From: Candidatus Saccharimonadia bacterium
Lineage (GTDB): Bacteria > Patescibacteriota > Saccharimonadia > UBA4664
Direction: 5' to 3'
DNA length: 64,000 bases
Assembly (NCBI GenBank): GCA_041743505.1
Contig: JBGTMQ010000019.1
Coordinates: forward strand, 6,147 to 70,146
Positions 58,990 through 64,000 of this stretch are shown here, piece after piece. The notes under the pieces were generated by a model. The model made no database searches and was not told the origin of the DNA. It saw nothing but the letters and a program-made list of their open reading frames with translations. The number at the start of each line of letters is the position of its first letter. Position 1 is the first letter of the stretch. The position numbers and the translations under genes are program-made.

Positions 58990-60081
58990 ATGCCAACCAA
59001 ACGCGATTATTACGAAACCCTGGGATTATCCAAGTCCGCCACCGCGGATGAGATTAAGCGTGCCTATCGCAAACTGGCTATGGAGCACCACCCCGACAAA
59101 CATGGCGGAGATGATGCCCAGTTCAAGGAAGTCAGTGAGGCCTATGAAGTCCTCAAAGATGACCAGAAACGGGCGGCCTACGACCAATTTGGTCATGCCG
59201 GCGCGCAGGGCAATCCGTTTGGCGGCGGCCAGAATGCCGGCGCCGGCTTCGATTTCAATGGCGCCGGCTTCGACTTCAGCGACATCCTCAACCAATTCAT
59301 GGGCGGCGCCGGCGGCCAACGCTCTGGTCCGGCCCGCGGCCGCGACCTTGAGGTTAGTGTCGTCATCGAGTTCATGGAGGCGGTCAAAGGCGTCGAAAAA
59401 GACATCAGTCTAACGCTCGACGACACCTGCGAACGCTGTAGCGGCGACGGCGCCGAGCCGGGCGCCAGCCTCAAAACCTGCGCCACCTGCCAGGGTCAGG
59501 GCCAGGTCCGGCGCGTCCAGCAGACCATCCTGGGCGCCATCCAGCAAGTGTCCACCTGCCACACCTGTGATGGTCGTGGCAAGGTGCCGGAAAAGCCTTG
59601 CACAGTCTGCCGCGGCTCCGGCGTCATGCGTCGGCAGCGCACCATTTCCGTGCGCATCCCGGCCGGCATCGATGACGGCGCCACCATGCGACTATCGGGC
59701 AAAGGCGCGGCCCCCAAGGGCGGCGGGCCCAAAGGCGATTTATACGTCCAGGTCCGCGTCCGCCCGGACAAGCGGTTTGAGCGCCGCGGCAGCGAGATCC
59801 TAAGCAGTGTCACCGTACCAATGGCTCCGGCTGCGCTAGGCACCGACGTACCCGTAGAAACGGTCGACGGGCCGGTCACGCTCAAAATACCGGCCGGTAC
59901 CCAGAGTGGCAAAGTCTTCAAATTCAGCGACCGGGGGATGCCCAGCCTATCCGGCCGCGGCCGCGGTGATCATCTTGTAACGGTCATCGTCGAAACTCCG
60001 GGCAAGCTCACCGCCAAGCAGCGCGAATTATTGGAGCAATTCGTGGGCGAAAGCAGCAAAAAAGGCTTTTTCAGGCGCTAA
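58990..60081 (+). CDS. dnaJ: Chaperone DnaJ
   Basis: J-domain with HPD, a G/F region, four CxxCxGxG zinc-finger repeats, and the C-terminal domain. Confidence 0.95.
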   Translation: MPTKRDYYETLGLSKSATADEIKRAYRKLAMEHHPDKHGGDDAQFKEVSEAYEVLKDDQKRAAYDQFGHAGAQGNPFGGGQNAGAGFDFNGAGFDFSDILNQFMGGAGGQRSGPARGRDLEVSVVIEFMEAVKGVEKDISLTLDDTCERCSGDGAEPGASLKTCATCQGQGQVRRVQQTILGAIQQVSTCHTCDGRGKVPEKPCTVCRGSGVMRRQRTISVRIPAGIDDGATMRLSGKGAAPKGGGPKGDLYVQVRVRPDKRFERRGSEILSSVTVPMAPAALGTDVPVETVDGPVTLKIPAGTQSGKVFKFSDRGMPSLSGRGRGDHLVTVIVETPGKLTAKQRELLEQFVGESSKKGFFRR

Positions 60082-60095
60082 TCAGACCAAAATCT

Positions 60096-60887
60096 CTATC
60101 GGTTCGGAATGCCAAAAACTGAATTTTGACCGAGGTACGTTGGCAGTTTGCCGTCCCACTTTTCAATCGCCATTTTCTGCAGGATTTCCGGTGTCAAACT
60201 AGCCCGCTGCACCGCCTGTGCCTCAGCGTCTTTTGTCGCTTGCTGGAGGGTGAAAACTGCCCGCTCAGCATTCTGCTGAGCCACTTGTTTTTGCTCAATG
60301 GCCTTGGCAAAGTCCTCGCTAAACTGGAAGTCTACAATCGACAGGTCATCCACGATGATGCCGCGCTTTTCGAGCCGGCTCTTTAGGCTCGCCACAGTGT
60401 CATTCTTCACGTCGGCCCGGTTTGTAATCAGCTGCGCGGCCGTAAACTTAGCACTGGCCGACTTAAAAACCTCCTGCACCGCCGGGCTAATAATCCGGTC
60501 CTTGTAATTGGGGCCAAGATTACGATGGATATCAGAGATCCGGCCTCGGTCAATGTGGTAATTCACGGCCAAAACCGACGAAATATCCTGCAAGTCATTA
60601 GTGGCGGCCTGAGCCTTAGTCTCTTCTTTTTGCACCCGCACGTCATAAACAGTAACTTGCTGCCACGGCGCCTTAAAGTTAAACCCTTCACCGATTTCAC
60701 GGCCGGTAACCTTACCAAATTGCGTCACAACGCCGACTTTACCGGTACCAATGATGCTAATTGTGCTAAGCAGAGCCACAACAACCACAAATCCCACGAT
60801 GCCCATAGTAACCGTGCTGCGTGATGGAGCAGAGAATGAGCCGTAAGTCGGGGTAGCCATGTTTGTGCCTTGGTTATTACTTACCAT
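60096..60887 (-). CDS. SPFH/band-7 (prohibitin/HflC-like) membrane protein
   Basis: N-terminal TM followed by an SPFH domain. RBS GGAGATattATG. Confidence 0.7.
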   Translation of the reverse strand: MVSNNQGTNMATPTYGSFSAPSRSTVTMGIVGFVVVVALLSTISIIGTGKVGVVTQFGKVTGREIGEGFNFKAPWQQVTVYDVRVQKEETKAQAATNDLQDISSVLAVNYHIDRGRISDIHRNLGPNYKDRIISPAVQEVFKSASAKFTAAQLITNRADVKNDTVASLKSRLEKRGIIVDDLSIVDFQFSEDFAKAIEQKQVAQQNAERAVFTLQQATKDAEAQAVQRASLTPEILQKMAIEKWDGKLPTYLGQNSVFGIPNR

Positions 60888-61036
60888 AATATCTCCAACG
60901 CCATGCCAAAAGCTAGGCTTACTCCTCAAATTCCATTCTCAGGCTATAGTATTTTATGCCTCTGCACAGTAGAATAAGTCCGTCCAGTCGAAATAATCAG
61001 TTCGGATCAACAAGAGCCGACCAAAAGGAGTTTTAA

Positions 61037-62440
61037 GTGAAGGGTCATTTCTACTTTATTGGCATTGCCGGCCACGCCGTTCGTGGACTGGCGCTCATGA
61101 GCCGGGAGCATGGTTATCAGGTGAGCGGGCTGGACGAGGGTGCCGTCTCACCGGGCAGCGACTGGCTCGATGAACGAGGCATCCCCTGGAGCAAAACGTT
61201 TGAGCCGGGCCAACTGGACGGCGTAACGGCCATAATTGTGACCGGCGCCTACGCCACCCCGGAATACCCGGCCATCATCGAGGCCAACAAGCGCAGCATC
61301 CCCATCAAATCATGGGCTCAAATGGTGGGCGAGATGACCGCCGACGAGCGCTCCATTGTGGTCGCCGGTACTCACGGCAAGACCACCACCACCTCACTCA
61401 TTGCGTGGCTGATGGAAAGTGTGGGGCGTAACCCGGATTTCCTCATCGGAATTAAGCCGTTTAACTTTAACTCCAGCGTTCGGCTGGAAAATTCAGAAGT
61501 GGTAGTACTTGAAGGGGACGAGTATAAAGCTTCTGACCTCGAAGACAAAGCCAAGCTCCAATACTATCACCCTGACGTGCTGGTACTGACCTCGATTGAG
61601 CACGACCACCCGGATGTCTATCCGGACCTGGATTCAGTCATCACCCGCTTTACCGGCGTCGTGCAGGGCCTACCGCAAGATGGACGGCTCGTGGCGTGGT
61701 CGGGCAGCCCAACAGTCACGCAAGTAGCCGCTGGTGCAAAGTGTCAGGTCGTTACCTACGGCCTGACTGAAGGCGACTACCAAGCCCGCAATATTGCATT
61801 CTTGCCCACAGGCATCGAATTCGATGTTCAAACCAGCGAAGGATCTCTCGGCCGGCTGGCCCTGCCGTTATACGGCCGCCACAACGTACTGAATGCTCTG
61901 GCAGCCGCAGCGGTAGCCATCGGTGAAGGCCTCAGCTTTGAACAGCTCCGCGAAGGAGCGGCCACGTTCAAGGGCACGTATCGCCGGTTTAATATTTTGA
62001 CCGGCCCGCAAGACCCGATCGCGGTTCTTGACGACTATGCCCATCACCCTACGGAGGTTGAAACCACCATCGAGGCGGCCAAGCTTCACTTCCCGGACCG
62101 TCGGTTGGTCGTAGTGTTCCGCCCGCACACCTACTCCCGCACCAAGGCTCTGCTGTCCGAGTTCCAGGCTGTGTTTGGCCAGGCTGACATCGCCTACATC
62201 ACCGATGTCGAGGGTGCGCGCGAAGCCGCCCACGAAAAAACCGTCTCCGGGGCCGACATGGTAGACGGGATGGACGACAAGGCTGTCTTCGAGGCTGATC
62301 GGACCAAGTTAGTTGAGCGCATCACCGCCGATGCCAGGGCCGGTGACGTCGTGCTATGTATGAGTGTATCCGGTTACCAGGACATCGCGCCTGAGCTAGC
62401 CAAGCAGCTCAATGCCCATGTGAGCGGGCTGCAGCATTAG
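61037..62440 (+). CDS. murC: Mur ligase, MurC/Mpl-like (UDP-N-acetylmuramate-L-alanine or tripeptide ligase)
   Basis: N-terminal HFYFIGIAG Rossmann motif, P-loop GTHGKTTTTS, and the Mur ligase central and C-terminal domains. RBS AAGGAGttttaaGTG. Confidence 0.7.
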   Translation: MKGHFYFIGIAGHAVRGLALMSREHGYQVSGLDEGAVSPGSDWLDERGIPWSKTFEPGQLDGVTAIIVTGAYATPEYPAIIEANKRSIPIKSWAQMVGEMTADERSIVVAGTHGKTTTTSLIAWLMESVGRNPDFLIGIKPFNFNSSVRLENSEVVVLEGDEYKASDLEDKAKLQYYHPDVLVLTSIEHDHPDVYPDLDSVITRFTGVVQGLPQDGRLVAWSGSPTVTQVAAGAKCQVVTYGLTEGDYQARNIAFLPTGIEFDVQTSEGSLGRLALPLYGRHNVLNALAAAAVAIGEGLSFEQLREGAATFKGTYRRFNILTGPQDPIAVLDDYAHHPTEVETTIEAAKLHFPDRRLVVVFRPHTYSRTKALLSEFQAVFGQADIAYITDVEGAREAAHEKTVSGADMVDGMDDKAVFEADRTKLVERITADARAGDVVLCMSVSGYQDIAPELAKQLNAHVSGLQH

Positions 62441-62524
62441 TATCCCAATCGCCCGAACCCGTCAGTAGTGCTGAGGGTGAACTAAAGGAATGGTCAGCCA
62501 CACCAGCTGCCCATTCCTTTCTAA

Positions 62525-63268
62525 TTAATAAGCACCAAGCCGCTTGGCTTTTGCGACAAAACCTGACTTATCACCGGTCACAATGTAGCGAATAGTCCGG
62601 CTGCCGCCGGCCGCGCCGCCAAGTAAAGCCAACAACCTCTGCGCCATTGTCTCGCCGGGTTCTATGATTTTCATATCAGGCGCTGCCTGCCGAATAATCG
62701 GTTCCAGAAAGGCAAAGTGGGTGCAACCCAGAACCACCGTGTCAACACCGTGGCGGGCAAACGCCTGAATTTGCTCGACCACCAAATGGTCGCCGTCTAA
62801 GTTGCCCGATTCCACCAGCCTGACCCAGTCAAAACACGCCTGTGCATAAACGGTCACATGATCCGGTACGATATCCTGGATAGCCCGGTAATAATCAGAG
62901 GCCAGAGTAGCAAACGTGGCCGCTACCACGATCTTGCCGGTTTTAGTCGCAATAACCGCCTGGCCAAGCAGCGGAGCCACACCCAAAATGCGCGTCTCGG
63001 GCCACCCACGTTGATACTCCTCAAGGCTAACCGTGCTGGCAGTATTGCAGGCCAAAACAATCGTCTCGCAACCCTCGGCTTTGAGCCGCTCAATACCGGT
63101 CTGCACCAATCGACGGACTACCTCTTCGGACTTCTCGCCGTAAGGGAAGTTAGCAGTATCCGCATAGTAAATAACATCAACATCCGGCATTAACCGCCGT
63201 ATCGCGCGAAGAACACTCAGGCCGCCCACGCCGGAATCAAGTATGCCAATGGGGGAAGTCTTATTCAT
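62525..63268 (-). CDS. murI: Glutamate racemase
   Basis: GILDSGVGGLSV and CNTAS motifs. Confidence 0.9.
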   Translation of the reverse strand: MNKTSPIGILDSGVGGLSVLRAIRRLMPDVDVIYYADTANFPYGEKSEEVVRRLVQTGIERLKAEGCETIVLACNTASTVSLEEYQRGWPETRILGVAPLLGQAVIATKTGKIVVAATFATLASDYYRAIQDIVPDHVTVYAQACFDWVRLVESGNLDGDHLVVEQIQAFARHGVDTVVLGCTHFAFLEPIIRQAAPDMKIIEPGETMAQRLLALLGGAAGGSRTIRYIVTGDKSGFVAKAKRLGAY

Positions 63269-63293
63269 GTATACTTAGCCTAAAGAAACACTT

Positions 63294-63779
63294 ATGCAAT
63301 TGCCAGCCTTTGATCCAAATATTCTCATCATCACTATCCTTCTTCTTGCAGGTGTATATGGCCTGATTGGCGGTAAACATCGCTTGCGTGTGCTTATTCT
63401 AAGCATTTACGTCGGCATTGTACTGGCCGAACAAATGGACACGGTCGTCCGGCCGTACCTCCAGATGCTCAGCCCTGAACAGGTCGGATGGCTACTCCTG
63501 GGCCTGCCAATCCTCCTGTTCGGCTTTGCCAGGTCGCATCACGGCAAAAACCACGGCAAAGGCTCAGCTATTGCCAATATTATCATTGGTATCGCGGCCG
63601 GCGCCCTCATACTTTCGAGCGCCCTCCATATCTTGCCTACCAGCCAGCTATCCGACATCAATGGCGCCTCGTATTTCGCCATGCTGCTCGACCAATATCA
63701 CCTCTGGTTACTGGGTCTACTACCTGTAATAGCTATTATTTTTGGCCTCCTTAAGGGCAAAGAGAAAAGTCATCACTAG
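63294..63779 (+). CDS. Hypothetical membrane protein (4-5 TM)
   Basis: Hydrophobic ORF between murI and tRNA-Lys. Confidence 0.4.
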   Translation: MQLPAFDPNILIITILLLAGVYGLIGGKHRLRVLILSIYVGIVLAEQMDTVVRPYLQMLSPEQVGWLLLGLPILLFGFARSHHGKNHGKGSAIANIIIGIAAGALILSSALHILPTSQLSDINGASYFAMLLDQYHLWLLGLLPVIAIIFGLLKGKEKSHH

Positions 63780-63832
63780 CTCCAAGTTGCCAGAAACGCC
63801 GTTTTCGGATATGATTGGGCGGTTAAAAACAT

Positions 63833-63909
63833 GGGCCCATAGCTCAGTTGGTTAGAGCAGCTGCCTTTTAAGCAGCGTGTCCTGGGTTCGAGCCCCAGTG
63901 GGCCCTCCA
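63833..63909 (+). tRNA. tRNA-Lys (TTT)
   Basis: Acceptor stem GGGCCCA/TGGGCCC, anticodon stem-loop GCTGC-CTTTTAA-GCAGC, T-loop TTCGAGC, CCA encoded. Downstream hairpin terminator. Confidence 0.85.
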
Positions 63910-64000
63910 GTTATCATTCACAGCCGCCATTGCGGCTGTTTTTGTTTCTGTAGAGGACGGCCAGTACAGATTTGTAATAATTGCGGTTTCCCGGAACCTG

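Overview
This window is from a high-GC bacterial chromosome; the gene content (HrcA-GrpE-DnaK-DnaJ, FtsH, MurJ, FemAB, many small orphan genes) is consistent with a CPR/Saccharibacteria-like organism. Bases 1-21240 are an accessory island abutting the 3' end of a minus-strand tRNA(CAT, Ile2-like). The island carries a type III restriction-modification Mod/Res pair, an XRE HTH gene, a single-HKD PLD nuclease, a membrane-anchored S1 protease, an IS481-family insertion sequence, and a roughly 12 kb array of minus-strand orphan genes. Each orphan gene has its own extended -10 promoter (TGTGTTATAAT-like) and a near-identical GC-rich intrinsic terminator, with one paralog pair and a 25-nt att-like repeat of the tRNA end. 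A roughly 720-nt GC-rich ORF-less transcript (strong sigma70 promoter, intrinsic terminator) sits inside the island and is a candidate novel structured ncRNA. Downstream are three tandemly triplicated leaderless genes for small membrane proteins, initiator and elongator tRNA-Met, and a second small-gene islet after tRNA-Met with its own conserved terminator family and two tandem TPR paralogs. The core region holds tilS, ftsH, murJ, Mur-ligase, DegT and FemAB cell-wall genes, an S12 beta-lactamase-like hydrolase, lepA with an unusual roughly 50-aa insertion, malic enzyme, CIRCE-hrcA-grpE-(JmjC-like insert)-CIRCE-dnaK, a GNAT-NUDIX fusion flanked by repeats, an NYN nuclease, a GH46 chitosanase, dnaJ, an SPFH protein, murC-like, murI and tRNA-Lys. 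No CRISPR array was found.
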